Source: Bacteroidia bacterium
GTDB lineage: Bacteria > Bacteroidota > Bacteroidia > UBA4408
Assembly (NCBI GenBank): GCA_035439485.1
Contig: DAORKI010000001.1
Coordinates: 1,287-65,286 of the forward strand
Length of the DNA stretch: 64,000 nt
Direction: 5' to 3'
Notes under the pieces: generated by a model
Told to the model about the DNA's origin: nothing
Database searches by the model: none
The model's input: the letters and a program-made list of their open reading frames with translations, nothing else
Program-made: the position numbers and the translations under genes
Part shown: one piece after another, positions 38,370 to 48,873 of the stretch
Layout: each line of letters starts with the position of its first letter
Numbering within the stretch: the stretch's first letter is position 1

Positions 38370-38415
38370 TTAAAGTAAAATTAAAAGTCCAAAAGTAATT
38401 TAAGTTTTTAAATTA

Positions 38416-39390
38416 TCATAGTCTATTTTTTTGAGCATATTCTTTGGCAAAATAGGTAAGAATTATTTTTGCTCCAGCTCGTTTTATGGAAGTTAAACAT
38501 TCAACCATTGCTTTTTCACCATCTAACCAACCATGCTGTGCAGCAGCTTTAATCATGGCATATTCGCCACTCACATTGTATGCTGCAATAGGTAAATCAA
38601 AATTATCATTAAGTGCTTTTATTACATCAAGATACGCTAATGCTGGTTTTACCATCAAAAAGTCAGCTCCTTCTTCCATGTCTAATTGGGCTTCAATAAT
38701 TGCCTCTCTTTGATTGGCTGGATTCATTTGGTATGTTTTTTTATCACCAAATTTTGGTGCAGAGTCTAAAGCATCTCTAAATGGTCCATAAAATGCGCTT
38801 GCGTATTTAGCGCTATATGCCATTATCGAAACATTTGTGAAGCCTTCTTTATCTAACTCATTCCTAATATAACCCACACGTCCATCCATCATGTCGCTTG
38901 GCCCTACAATATCGGCTCCTGCTTGCGCCTGTGCTACAGCCATACGGCCCAAAACTTCTAATGTTTCATCATTTAATATTTCTCCGTTTTCAACAATGCC
39001 ATCGTGTCCATCACTGCTGTAAGGGTCCATCGCTACATCGGTCATCAAACAACATTCAGGGAAATACTTTTTTATTTCGCGTAATGCCCTTAAATAAAGT
39101 CCTCCGCTGTTATAACTTTCCTTGGCATATTTATCTTTTAAGCTATCGCTGATATTCGGAAATAAAGCAAAACTATTGATACCAAGTTGCATGCAACTTT
39201 CAATTTCTTTCAACATTAAATCGCTGCTGTAACGATAAATACCAGGCATTGAAGTAACTTCACTACTATTGTTTTTACCTTCAATTAAAAACAAAGGAAA
39301 AATTAAATCGCTGTTAAGTACTTGTGTTTCTTGTACCATTGCACGAATGGTTGCACTTTTTCTGTTTCTTCTTGGGCGATGTATAATCAT
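38416..39390 (-). CDS. hemB: Porphobilinogen synthase (delta-aminolevulinate dehydratase)
   Basis: HRPRRNRKS..IR, active-site region MVKPA..YLD, YNVSGEYAM. I chose ATG 39390, which lies 7 nt after the upstream stop. Confidence 0.9.
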   Translation of the reverse strand: MIIHRPRRNRKSATIRAMVQETQVLNSDLIFPLFLIEGKNNSSEVTSMPGIYRYSSDLMLKEIESCMQLGINSFALFPNISDSLKDKYAKESYNSGGLYLRALREIKKYFPECCLMTDVAMDPYSSDGHDGIVENGEILNDETLEVLGRMAVAQAQAGADIVGPSDMMDGRVGYIRNELDKEGFTNVSIMAYSAKYASAFYGPFRDALDSAPKFGDKKTYQMNPANQREAIIEAQLDMEEGADFLMVKPALAYLDVIKALNDNFDLPIAAYNVSGEYAMIKAAAQHGWLDGEKAMVECLTSIKRAGAKIILTYFAKEYAQKNRL

Positions 39391-39397
39391 AATTTTA

Positions 39398-40981
39398 TTA
39401 TTTAACAGCAATTTTATAAACTGCCTGTAATATTCCTAAATCATCAAAACTCTTTGGTAAAGTGCATTTTCGAACACCATGTTTGCGCAATTCAGCTTCG
39501 GTTGCACCTCCCATAGCAATTATTTTATGATGCTCCTCAATTTTGTTTGCTTTAAAAAAAGCATTTACATTACTCGGACTGGTAAAAATAATAATATCAG
39601 CACTAGGTAATGAAGTGGCACTATGTTCAATGGTTTCGTACACGTTGATGTCAAAGGTTTGTTCTTTTTTTACAAACTGACTTTGCACACTTCTTAAGCT
39701 TCCTTTCGCTACAGGAAAAAGCACTGTGGCATTGCCAACACGCGCAGCAAACTGTTTTCCAATAGTTTTTGTATCGGTCGATTGGCCTATAAACTCAGCT
39801 CGTTTCCCAAATTTTCGAAGTGCATCTGCAGTTGATTTACCTATAGCTCCAAATTTTTGATCAGTCAAATCAGGCAGTTGTTTGAAGAAATTTTCAACGG
39901 CATGTTTACTACTAAAAAATATCCAATCAGTTTTTGGTAAATTTTTAATTACAATAGTTTTAAACGTTATTAATGATATCCCATTAACTTCAAATCCTTG
40001 TGCAATAAGACTTGCACTAAATAAATGATGCGCTTGTAAATTTCTTGTTATTAAAATTTTACATGGTTTAATAGCATTTATATGTGCCACAATTTCTTGA
40101 GCAAATTCTGTAGTTTGTGTATTTTCGTAATAACTAAACAAGGGTGCTGTATTGGCATCTGTGGCTTTACTTACCCATACTTTGTAAATACTATTTTCTT
40201 CTTCGTCAAAGCCTTTTTCGCAATAAACACCCAAAGGTAATTGACAGCCACCATCAAATAAATTCAAAACTTTTCTTTCAATTACAATTTTAGCTGCTAC
40301 TTCAGGTTGATTAATTATTTGCAATGCTTCAATTAATTCTAAATCATTTTCGCGCGTTTGTAGAGCTAACACACCTTGCGCTGGTGCGGGAACAAACTGC
40401 TTAGGGTCTAGTTTTTCAACCACAAATTCATCTAAATTAATTTGTAAACGCTCTACACCTGCTGCCGCAAGCATAATTGCATCATAATTACCTTCTCTTA
40501 ATTTTTGAATTCGTGTTGGCACATTTCCCCTTAAATCACTTATTTTAAAGTCGTTTCTGTATGCATTTAATTGTGTTTTTCTCCTTGCTGATGAAGTTCC
40601 AACATATGCATTTTTCTTAATGTTCCACAGCTGTTTTTCATCAATTGCATTTTTGTTAATGAGTAAAATTTCAGAGGGGTCCTCACGCTCCGAAACTGCA
40701 GCAATACATAAATTTTGGGGCGAAGTGGTAGGTAAATCTTTATGTGAATGTACTGCTAAATCAATACTTCCGTTAAGTAAAGCTTCTTCGAGTTCTTTAG
40801 TAAAAAAACCTTTACCCTCAAGTTTATCAAAGGAGAGATGTTGAATTTTATCTCCTTGTGTTTTAATAATATTGATGATACATTCAAAACCGGCTTTTGT
40901 CAATCGGTCTTTTACATGATTGGCTTGCCATAACGCTAAATCGCTACCGCGTGATCCTATAATTATTTTTTTATTGAACAC
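39398..40981 (-). CDS. hemC: Fused hydroxymethylbilane synthase (HemC) - uroporphyrinogen-III synthase (HemD)
   Basis: Residues 1-~300 match HemC: IGSRGSDLALWQA, GKGFFTKELE.ALL.G.IDLAVHS.KDLP and the cofactor Cys in DGGCQLPLG. Residues ~305-527 are HemD-like: KILITR......F...L...G......LI.F; DWIFFSS..AV..FF; IGKSTA.AL. GTG start. Confidence 0.85.
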   Translation of the reverse strand: MFNKKIIIGSRGSDLALWQANHVKDRLTKAGFECIINIIKTQGDKIQHLSFDKLEGKGFFTKELEEALLNGSIDLAVHSHKDLPTTSPQNLCIAAVSEREDPSEILLINKNAIDEKQLWNIKKNAYVGTSSARRKTQLNAYRNDFKISDLRGNVPTRIQKLREGNYDAIMLAAAGVERLQINLDEFVVEKLDPKQFVPAPAQGVLALQTRENDLELIEALQIINQPEVAAKIVIERKVLNLFDGGCQLPLGVYCEKGFDEEENSIYKVWVSKATDANTAPLFSYYENTQTTEFAQEIVAHINAIKPCKILITRNLQAHHLFSASLIAQGFEVNGISLITFKTIVIKNLPKTDWIFFSSKHAVENFFKQLPDLTDQKFGAIGKSTADALRKFGKRAEFIGQSTDTKTIGKQFAARVGNATVLFPVAKGSLRSVQSQFVKKEQTFDINVYETIEHSATSLPSADIIIFTSPSNVNAFFKANKIEEHHKIIAMGGATEAELRKHGVRKCTLPKSFDDLGILQAVYKIAVK

Positions 40982-41024
40982 CTTAATTAATTTTTGAAGC
41001 GCTAAGGTAAGGCTAATAGTGTTA

Positions 41025-42392
41025 TTAGTTGAGCATAATTTCCTTGGCCAATTTCATAGGTACGCTGATGTATTTCTTTTCTACATAATTTAATACCTTG
41101 TTAAGCACCGCTTTTGCTTCTTCATCAAGATTTTCAATGTCTTTAGCAAAAACAGTTTGTAAAGCATTTTCTTTAATTTCTTTCACCTTTTTAGGAACAT
41201 GTTTCATAGCGAGTTCAACCTGTCGTTCCTTATGAATTAATTTGAAGTCGGCAATTTTTTCTTCAATAATTTGATGACATAAATGCAATTCTTTTTTGCG
41301 TTCAGCTAAATTTTTGTTGGCTACATTTTGCAAAAACTGAATATCAATAAACTTTACATTATAATTGCTTTTAACCTCTGGTGCAATATCATTTGGAACC
41401 GATAAATCAATAATTACTTTTTGGTTTTTATCACCAGCTAGTAATGAATTGTAAATATCTTCGGTCACTATATTTTCTGATGCGCCTGTGCAAGAAATTA
41501 ACACATCAAATCCTTCATTATAATTTCCCAATTCATTTAATGCATAGGCCTTTCCATTAAGTTCCTCAGCCAATTTTTGTGCTTTGCTTAAGGTGCGATT
41601 AAACACAGCAAAAGTTCCAAATGCATGTTTTTTTAAAAACTTTGCCATCAATGTATTGGTTTGTCCTGCACCAACAATGATAAATCGCGCACTCGATTTA
41701 ATTGAGCTTTCGATTAAATTACGATAAGCCAATGAAACTATGGAAACAGGTTTGTTGGCTACTTGGGTGTTTGTATAAACTTCTTTAGCAGTAACAATTG
41801 CCTGTTGAACTGCTAATCGAATAACTTCTCCAGTTAAATTAAGCCTGTTGCACTTGTCATAAGCATTTCTAACTTGTGTTATAATTTCGCGCTCACCAAC
41901 TACTAAAGAGTCAATTGAAGAAGCCACTTCAAATAAATGCTTTATTGCTTTGTCTTCGGCAAAAATAAGGGCATTTTCAACAGCAAAGTTATTTTCTTCT
42001 TGTGTAAAATGTGGCGCAAAATATTTAAAAAACCTATGTAAAAAGGATTGATTTACAGTCTCTTCGGTGGTTATTAAAAACTCAACTCGGTTGCAAGTAG
42101 AGAGAAATAAAAACTCTTGCAAGATACACTGCTCTTTAATTTGCTCAAATCTTTTTTGATATTGCTCATCATCAACATGAAACATTCCGATTTGGTCAAT
42201 CGGGATATTGTTATGGGTAAAAGCTATGCAATACAGTTTGTTCAAGGTTTTTTCTTTTTCGAAGGCGAATTTCACAAACACATAAAGGCTTTTTGTCATA
42301 AAAATGTCATACGTATTGGCAAATGCTGTTTTAACACCTTGAAATGCCTGCTGCAATTGATTTGTATCAAGAATATGACATTTGTCATACAT
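41025..42392 (-). CDS. hemA: Glutamyl-tRNA reductase
   Basis: LSTCNRVEF (catalytic Cys), GE..I..QV, and the NADPH site VGAGQT. The start is uncertain. Met32 (nt 42299) would give a more typical ~424-aa length. Confidence 0.85.
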   Translation of the reverse strand: MYDKCHILDTNQLQQAFQGVKTAFANTYDIFMTKSLYVFVKFAFEKEKTLNKLYCIAFTHNNIPIDQIGMFHVDDEQYQKRFEQIKEQCILQEFLFLSTCNRVEFLITTEETVNQSFLHRFFKYFAPHFTQEENNFAVENALIFAEDKAIKHLFEVASSIDSLVVGEREIITQVRNAYDKCNRLNLTGEVIRLAVQQAIVTAKEVYTNTQVANKPVSIVSLAYRNLIESSIKSSARFIIVGAGQTNTLMAKFLKKHAFGTFAVFNRTLSKAQKLAEELNGKAYALNELGNYNEGFDVLISCTGASENIVTEDIYNSLLAGDKNQKVIIDLSVPNDIAPEVKSNYNVKFIDIQFLQNVANKNLAERKKELHLCHQIIEEKIADFKLIHKERQVELAMKHVPKKVKEIKENALQTVFAKDIENLDEEAKAVLNKVLNYVEKKYISVPMKLAKEIMLN

Positions 42393-42511
42393 TGTAATTA
42401 AGAATGATTTTAAGTAAGGGAAAATAGCAGAAGTAAGTCATTCTTTATTATTTTGTATTAAAACTTGCTATTTTATAAAAAGTTATTACTTTTACTTTAA
42501 AATTTCAGCAC

Positions 42512-44548
42512 ATGAAAAAGCTCTTAACATTTTTATCATTATTGATTTCTTTATCAACGATTGCTCAAAGCAATTATGCTGTTTATCCAATCCCATACAA
42601 TCCTGATCCTTTTGTAAGTAACAATGTAGCATCAAATACGCAAATTGATGACAGTTACTCATCACCAATACCTATTGGGTTTACCTTTAACTTCTTTGGA
42701 TTAGATTTTACACAAGCTATTATTAGTACAAATGGATATATTACCTTTAATACTAGTTTGGCAAATAGTTTCTCCCCTTGGAACATAAATTCATCTATTG
42801 CAAATGTTGCTGGACAAGGTATTAATAATGCTATTCTTGCTCCTTGGCAAGATATTAATCCTGGTACTGGGGGAATGATATATTATAGCTTAAATGGAAC
42901 TGCACCATTTCGAAGGTTTGTTGTTTCCTTTTATCAAACACCTATGTTTTCGTGCTCTAACTTACTATTTTCTCAACAAATTATTTTATATGAAACCACA
43001 AATATTATTGAAACTCATATCCTTGAAAAACCTTTATGTTTATCATGGAACAATGCATATGCTATTCATGGTTTAGTTGATTTAAATGGAACTAATACTG
43101 TGGTTGTTCCTGGCCGTGATTATCCAAATATTTGGTCTGCTAGTTATGATTCATGGCGTTTTGACCCCAGTGGGAATGCTTTTGTAAACAATTTAGTAAC
43201 AGGCAAAGTCTTTCAAGATTTAAATGGTAATTGCCTTCCCGACACCAATGAATTAGGAATTGCCAATCGTCCTGTTATTGCAAACGGTGGTGATTTTTAT
43301 ACCTATACAGATGCTAATGGCAATTATGCCTTACATGTAGATACTGGAACATATACTGTCACCGAAATCCCACCTTTGTATTATACCATTTCTTGCCCAT
43401 CAACAGGCACCTATACGCTAAATTTCCCTGCTCAATTTGACACCAGTGCCAACAACAATTTTTCTGATTCCATTTTATTTTATTGTTCGGATTTAGTAGT
43501 AGATATTGGAACTACAAACATGTCGCGTTGTATGACTGAATGGGTAGGTATCAATTACTGCAACATTGGCACCGTGGCCGACTCAGCAGCAGTTATTAAT
43601 TTTACCTTAAATGATTCTATTCAAATAATAAATTTACCTGCTAATATTTTGGCATTAGGAAACAACAATTACCAGGTTGCAGTGGGTAATGTTAATCCTG
43701 GACAGTGTGGAAATATTGCCTTTCAAGTACATATTGGTTGTGATACGGTTGGAACAGTATACTGCATGAATGCCAATATTTATGGTGCAATAACCAACGA
43801 CTGCGATACAAGTAATAATTTATCAAACGATTGCCATGCATTAATTGGCTCTTTTGATCCTAATGATTTGCAAGTTGCATCACAACAATTTTTACAAGAA
43901 GGTTTTGTGATGGCCGATGATATTGATGATAATGATGAACTAACATATTTGATTCGCTTTCAAAATACAGGAAACGATACAGCATATAACGTAAAAATTA
44001 GAGATTTGATCCCATCTGAATTGAATCCTAATAGTATTGTTCCTGGGGCGGCTAGTCATAATTATAATTGGTTGGTGTTAAATGGCGAATTAATAATTGA
44101 TTTTTTAATGATTAATTTGCCCGACAGCTTCAGTAATGAGCCTAATAGTCATGGTTTTGTGAAATTTAAAATTCAACAAAATATTGGAAATTTACCAGGT
44201 ACCGTAATCACTAACCAAGCAGGAATTTATTTTGATGCAAACCCTCCTGTCATTACCAATCAAACATTTAATACCATACCATTAGCAACAGGAATTACAA
44301 CTCATACTCATGAAATGGTTTTTATGCCAAATCCTGTAAAAGATAATTTGCAATTAATTTTACCCTTCGAAAATTATGAAAATACAAGCATTCAATTGTT
44401 TGATGTTTTAGGAAAAAATGTGCTACAACAACAAATCATTAATAAAAGCGAAAACATTGATTGCAGTGGCTTAAGCAAAGGAATATACACAGCACGAATT
44501 TTGCACAATACAAGTGTGTATACTTATTTTAAGATTGTGAAAGAATAA
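42512..44548 (+). CDS. T9SS-sorted secreted protein with DUF11/CARDB-like beta-sandwich region
   Basis: Signal peptide ..LSTIA/QSN. The central GSFDPNDL...LTYLIRFQNTGNDTAYNV.I.D.....L block is typical of Bacteroidota conserved-repeat surface proteins. C-terminal type-A sorting domain (FMPNPVKDNLQL...GIYTARI). Confidence 0.8.
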   Translation: MKKLLTFLSLLISLSTIAQSNYAVYPIPYNPDPFVSNNVASNTQIDDSYSSPIPIGFTFNFFGLDFTQAIISTNGYITFNTSLANSFSPWNINSSIANVAGQGINNAILAPWQDINPGTGGMIYYSLNGTAPFRRFVVSFYQTPMFSCSNLLFSQQIILYETTNIIETHILEKPLCLSWNNAYAIHGLVDLNGTNTVVVPGRDYPNIWSASYDSWRFDPSGNAFVNNLVTGKVFQDLNGNCLPDTNELGIANRPVIANGGDFYTYTDANGNYALHVDTGTYTVTEIPPLYYTISCPSTGTYTLNFPAQFDTSANNNFSDSILFYCSDLVVDIGTTNMSRCMTEWVGINYCNIGTVADSAAVINFTLNDSIQIINLPANILALGNNNYQVAVGNVNPGQCGNIAFQVHIGCDTVGTVYCMNANIYGAITNDCDTSNNLSNDCHALIGSFDPNDLQVASQQFLQEGFVMADDIDDNDELTYLIRFQNTGNDTAYNVKIRDLIPSELNPNSIVPGAASHNYNWLVLNGELIIDFLMINLPDSFSNEPNSHGFVKFKIQQNIGNLPGTVITNQAGIYFDANPPVITNQTFNTIPLATGITTHTHEMVFMPNPVKDNLQLILPFENYENTSIQLFDVLGKNVLQQQIINKSENIDCSGLSKGIYTARILHNTSVYTYFKIVKE

Positions 44549-44596
44549 TAGGAAATTAATACATTTGATTAATATTGATGATTTAATCCATTGGTC

Positions 44597-44640
44597 AAAA
44601 AAAATCCCAACTAATAACTTATTAGTTGGGATTTTTTTTA
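44597..44640. terminator. Bidirectional rho-independent terminator between convergent genes
   Basis: AAAAAAAATCCCAACTAAT - aactt - ATTAGTTGGGATTTTTTTT. There is an A-run on one side and a T-run on the other. Confidence 0.65.
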
Positions 44641-44651
44641 ATAAAATAATT

Positions 44652-45362
44652 TTACAAAGTATTTTTAACCAACAGCTTAAAACCTTTGCCATGTACATTA
44701 ACTATTTCCAAATTGGCATCTTCTCGTAAATACTTACGTAATTTGGCTATATAAACATCCATGCTTCGGCCATTAAAATAATTGTCATCATGCCAAATTG
44801 ATTTTAAGGCAAATGTTCTATCTAAAACATCATTAACATTAATGCAAAGTAATTTGAGTAACTCTGCTTCACGGGTGGTTAATTTTTGCGCTTTGCCATT
44901 TACTTCTAATTTTTGCAAATTAAAATCAAATTTATATTCCCCAATTTCAAAGTTGTTTTGGTCACTATTGGTTAAAGTTTGATTCTTTGTTCTACGCAAA
45001 ATAGCTTTTAAACGCAGCAATAACTCTTCCATACTAAAAGGCTTGGTAAGATAATCATCACCACCAGCATTAAAGCCTTCGATGGTATCCTCTTTCATTG
45101 ATTTGGCAGTAAGAAACACGATAGGAGTTTCGGCATCTAATTTGCGCACTTCACGGGCTAAGGTAAAGCCATCCATTACAGGCATCATTACATCAAAAAT
45201 GCACACATCAAAAACATTGTTTTTAAATTGTGTTAGACCTTCTTTTCCATTTGTAGCTAGGGTAGTGTCGTATTCTTTCGCTTGTAAATATTCAAGCAAT
45301 AAGTTGCCTAAATTAGGGTCGTCTTCAACTAATAATACTCTTGGTTTGAAATCTTTTGTCAT
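44652..45362 (-). CDS. OmpR/PhoB-family response regulator
   Basis: Receiver domain (LLVEDD, phospho-acceptor in FDVMMPVMDG, LTAK) plus a winged-helix output (LT.RE.ELLKLL, VY...LRKYL). Confidence 0.9.
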   Translation of the reverse strand: MTKDFKPRVLLVEDDPNLGNLLLEYLQAKEYDTTLATNGKEGLTQFKNNVFDVCIFDVMMPVMDGFTLAREVRKLDAETPIVFLTAKSMKEDTIEGFNAGGDDYLTKPFSMEELLLRLKAILRRTKNQTLTNSDQNNFEIGEYKFDFNLQKLEVNGKAQKLTTREAELLKLLCINVNDVLDRTFALKSIWHDDNYFNGRSMDVYIAKLRKYLREDANLEIVNVHGKGFKLLVKNTL

Positions 45363-45381
45363 AAATCTTTATTTTTAAATA

Positions 45382-46974
45382 TTAGCTTTCTAATTGTTTA
45401 TATGGGAAGAAACAGGTAAATGTGCTTCCAACTCCGAGTGAACTCTCTACAAAAATGCTGCCACCATGTTTTTCTATTATTGCTTTAACATAACTTAACC
45501 CTAATCCAAATCCCTTAACATTGTGAATATTGCCTGTTGGCACACGATATAGCTTTTCAAAAATTCTTTTCTGATTTTCTTTTGAAATTCCCATTCCGTT
45601 GTCCTTAACGCCAATATATACCCCTTTATTATCACTTTTAGTAAAAATTGTGATTTTAGGTGTTGATGTGGCATATTTGAGTGCATTGTCCAATAAATTG
45701 TAAATAATATTAGATAAATGCACCTTATCGGCACTAATCACTGATTCTACTGCATCAAATTCAATTTCAATTTCAGCCTTTTTATTCTCAATTTGTACAT
45801 AACTGTTATTCAGCACATCTTCAATAATTTCGTGCACATCCCATAATTTAAGCTTTAATTTAAGTTCTCCTTTATCTAATACTGCTGTTTGTAACACATT
45901 TTCTACCAATAAACCTAATCTCTTGTTTTCATCCTTTATTACTTTAACGTAATTACTCAATTTCTGGGGACTTTTTTCAACCGTTGTGTCACCTAGAACT
46001 TCGCAAGCCAATGAAATGGTAGAGATTGGAGTTTTAAATTCATGGGTCATATTGTTGATGAAATCGTTTTTGATTTCAGACAACTTTTTTTGCTTAAATA
46101 TGGTAGCAATGGTATATGAGAACATCCAAATAATTAATAAAATTAAAAATGCTGAGCCAAGCAACATATACCATAGATTACGTAAAATATAGTTCTGTTG
46201 TGAGGGAAAATATAAACTTAAATATCTTGGGTTAATATAAATGTTCTGTGCGGTAAGATTTATGCGGTATGGCGATTTTAAAAGTGTTGAAATAAGTTGT
46301 GCTTTTACGGGGTATACAAAGGCATTTTGATTTTGGTTTAATATACCAAATTCATATTTGGTGTCTATTCCTTGCTCCTTTAATTCAGCTTTTACCATGC
46401 TGTCAAGAGCTACTGTATCAATTTTATTGCTAAAATCATTGTATATATTAATGCTTACTAACTCATCAAAAATATCATTCATCATATCTTCTTGATTTAA
46501 AAACCAATTCAAACTTTTGTTTCCTCCTTCTTGCAGATTTACTGAAAATGGCTCCTTTTTCTTTAAATCAACATTGATTTTAAAATCGGGGTGATTTAAT
46601 GCATTGCTTTTATAAGTTTTGGTGCTTTGTCTTTTGGTTTGAACTCCTCCGCTGTCAGTAATTATTTCCTCAAACACATTCAAACGCATGTCTTTATACG
46701 TATTTTTTCTTTTTTTAAATGCTATTTTATCATCACCTAAATGGTCATCACGTTCTGATTGTCGGTGCATATTTAACCTGCGTGTTACCTTTGTAGCGAT
46801 AGCTTTTTTCTCAAGATTGTAGGCCACCTTGTGCAAGGCTTCACTCACTGACGCATCAAAACGTTCTTGTTTAATGGCAATAGCGCTCTTTATCCAGTAT
46901 AATTGAAAAGCAATTATTCCTCCTATAGCTAAAAGAATTACTACAATGGCCAGAAGTATTTTTTTATTATTCAC
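45382..46974 (-). CDS. Sensor histidine kinase
   Basis: Two TM helices flank a ~230-aa periplasmic region. H-box NMTHEFKTPIS, N-box LLDNALKY, G-boxes DNGMGI and GFGLGLS. Confidence 0.85.
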   Translation of the reverse strand: MNNKKILLAIVVILLAIGGIIAFQLYWIKSAIAIKQERFDASVSEALHKVAYNLEKKAIATKVTRRLNMHRQSERDDHLGDDKIAFKKRKNTYKDMRLNVFEEIITDSGGVQTKRQSTKTYKSNALNHPDFKINVDLKKKEPFSVNLQEGGNKSLNWFLNQEDMMNDIFDELVSINIYNDFSNKIDTVALDSMVKAELKEQGIDTKYEFGILNQNQNAFVYPVKAQLISTLLKSPYRINLTAQNIYINPRYLSLYFPSQQNYILRNLWYMLLGSAFLILLIIWMFSYTIATIFKQKKLSEIKNDFINNMTHEFKTPISTISLACEVLGDTTVEKSPQKLSNYVKVIKDENKRLGLLVENVLQTAVLDKGELKLKLKLWDVHEIIEDVLNNSYVQIENKKAEIEIEFDAVESVISADKVHLSNIIYNLLDNALKYATSTPKITIFTKSDNKGVYIGVKDNGMGISKENQKRIFEKLYRVPTGNIHNVKGFGLGLSYVKAIIEKHGGSIFVESSLGVGSTFTCFFPYKQLES

Positions 46975-47140
46975 TTTTAATTTTTGAACTTTTTTAAATG
47001 CAAATCAAAGTTAGCTATGCCTTATGACTACTGCCTTGGCTTAACCTTTTTTAACATCAAGTTTTATATTTAATTATCATTCTCAACAAAAAAATGTTGT
47101 TAATGTTGATTTGCTAAGTACTTTTATACAAACATTTAAA

Positions 47141-47632
47141 ATGATTAAAAATATAATTTTGATACTGATATTGAGCAGTCAGTTTGGTTTTGCTCAAACA
47201 TCAATAAATACCGAACAAAACGTGATTACTGGTATCACCGATGTTCGATTATTAGAGCGAAGTGTAGGTTACAAATGGTTTAAGGACGGATATATAAATT
47301 ATCAACCAAATAATTCGGCTGTTGGTGTTTTACGTGAATTGCCTAAGGACATACAATTGTATGTATTTGCAGGAACATGGTGTGAGAAAAGCCAACAACT
47401 AATACCTCAATTTTACAAAGTAGCTGATTTAGCTGGTATTCCAAAACAACGCATCACTTTATGTTTTTTAGACCGTGATAAAAGATCATCTCAAGGTGTT
47501 GAGAACAATTTTGGTATTAATACCACTCCCGTTTTTATCATTTTGCAAAAAGGTGTTGAAATTGGTCGAATTACCGAAAGTGTAAATCAATCAATTGAAG
47601 CCGACCTTGCCGATTTAATGCCAAGAAAATAG
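47141..47632 (+). CDS. Secreted thioredoxin-fold protein with CxxS motif
   Basis: Signal peptide MIKNIILILILSSQFGFA/QT. FAGTWCEKSQ carries a monothiol WCxxS in place of WCxxC. Confidence 0.65.
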   Translation: MIKNIILILILSSQFGFAQTSINTEQNVITGITDVRLLERSVGYKWFKDGYINYQPNNSAVGVLRELPKDIQLYVFAGTWCEKSQQLIPQFYKVADLAGIPKQRITLCFLDRDKRSSQGVENNFGINTTPVFIILQKGVEIGRITESVNQSIEADLADLMPRK

Positions 47633-47648
47633 TTAGAATTGCAACTAT

Positions 47649-48872
47649 ATGAATGAATTTGAAATTTTTGAACTGCCCAATGGACTTCGTGTAATTTACA
47701 AACAAATTGTAGGCGAAGCAGCGCATTGTGGCATTATACTCAATGCTGGAACTAGAGAAGAAAAAGCAAATGAGCAAGGTCTTGCACATTTTATTGAACA
47801 CACTTTATTTAAAGGGACTACCAAACGAAAATTTTATCATATATTAAGCAGAATTGACAGCGTTGGTGGAGAGCTCAATGCCTATACTGCCAAAGAAGAA
47901 ACCTGCATTTATGCTTCTTTCCAAAACCAATATTTAGAGCGAGCAGTAGAACTTATTGCTGATATTACTTTTAATTCAACTTTTCCGATTAAGGAAATTG
48001 AAAAAGAAAAAGATATCATTATTGATGAAATACATTCATACAAAGACACACCCGCAGAGCAAATTTATGATGATTTTGAATCTCATTTATTTAAAAATCA
48101 TCCATTAGGAAATAATATCTTGGGTAGCATCGAAAGCGTTAAAAGCTTCAAGCAAAAAAACATTATTGATTTTATTAAACATCATTATCTAATAAAGAAT
48201 ATGGTTTTTAGTATTGTTGGAAATTATAAAAAAGAGTATGTTAAAAGAATAATGCAAAAACACTTTGGAAATTATAAAACCAAAGGAAATGCTGCTCCAA
48301 GAAATGCCCCAACAATTAACAAAAACTTTCATGTAATCAATAATATAAATGCAAACCAATCACATTGTATGATTGGCAGTATTGCTCCATCATCAGGCTC
48401 AAAAAAAAGAACAGCCATGGTGCTTCTCAATAATTTGTTAGGTGGACCAGGAATGAATAGTAGACTTAATTTAAATATTCGCGAAAAATATGGTTTTGCT
48501 TATAATTTAGATTCTAATTATGTTGCCTACAGCGATACTGGATTGTTTGCAGTTTATTTGGGAACTGATAAAAAGTACCTTCAGAAAACCATAGCATTGG
48601 TGCATAAAGAGTTGAAAAAGTTGAGAGACACACCACTTAGTACACTGCAATTACATAAAGCAAAACTTCAATTGTGCGGAAACATTTCATTAGCCCAAGA
48701 AAACAATAGCAGTGTCATGTTGGCATTAGGAAAGAGTTTGCTCATGTTTAACAAAATTGATTCTTTGAGCTCGATTTATGCCGAAATTGAAAAAATAACG
48801 CCAAAACAGTTATTTCATATTGCCAATGAAGTATTTGATGAAAAAAAAATGAATTCACTAACATTTCAGTAA
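47649..48872 (+). CDS. M16-family (pitrilysin-like) zinc peptidase
   Basis: Inverted zinc motif HFIEH followed by LFKGT and ...GG.LNAYT..E. Confidence 0.85.
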   Translation: MNEFEIFELPNGLRVIYKQIVGEAAHCGIILNAGTREEKANEQGLAHFIEHTLFKGTTKRKFYHILSRIDSVGGELNAYTAKEETCIYASFQNQYLERAVELIADITFNSTFPIKEIEKEKDIIIDEIHSYKDTPAEQIYDDFESHLFKNHPLGNNILGSIESVKSFKQKNIIDFIKHHYLIKNMVFSIVGNYKKEYVKRIMQKHFGNYKTKGNAAPRNAPTINKNFHVINNINANQSHCMIGSIAPSSGSKKRTAMVLLNNLLGGPGMNSRLNLNIREKYGFAYNLDSNYVAYSDTGLFAVYLGTDKKYLQKTIALVHKELKKLRDTPLSTLQLHKAKLQLCGNISLAQENNSSVMLALGKSLLMFNKIDSLSSIYAEIEKITPKQLFHIANEVFDEKKMNSLTFQ

Positions 48873-48873
48873 C

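Noticed and set aside
42300-42392. 31-aa N-terminal extension of HemA implied by the longest ORF.
   Set aside because: The extension has no HemA-like sequence, and typical glutamyl-tRNA reductases are about 415-425 aa. The internal Met at nt 42299 is at least as plausible a start. The longest ORF is kept in the feature table with this caveat.
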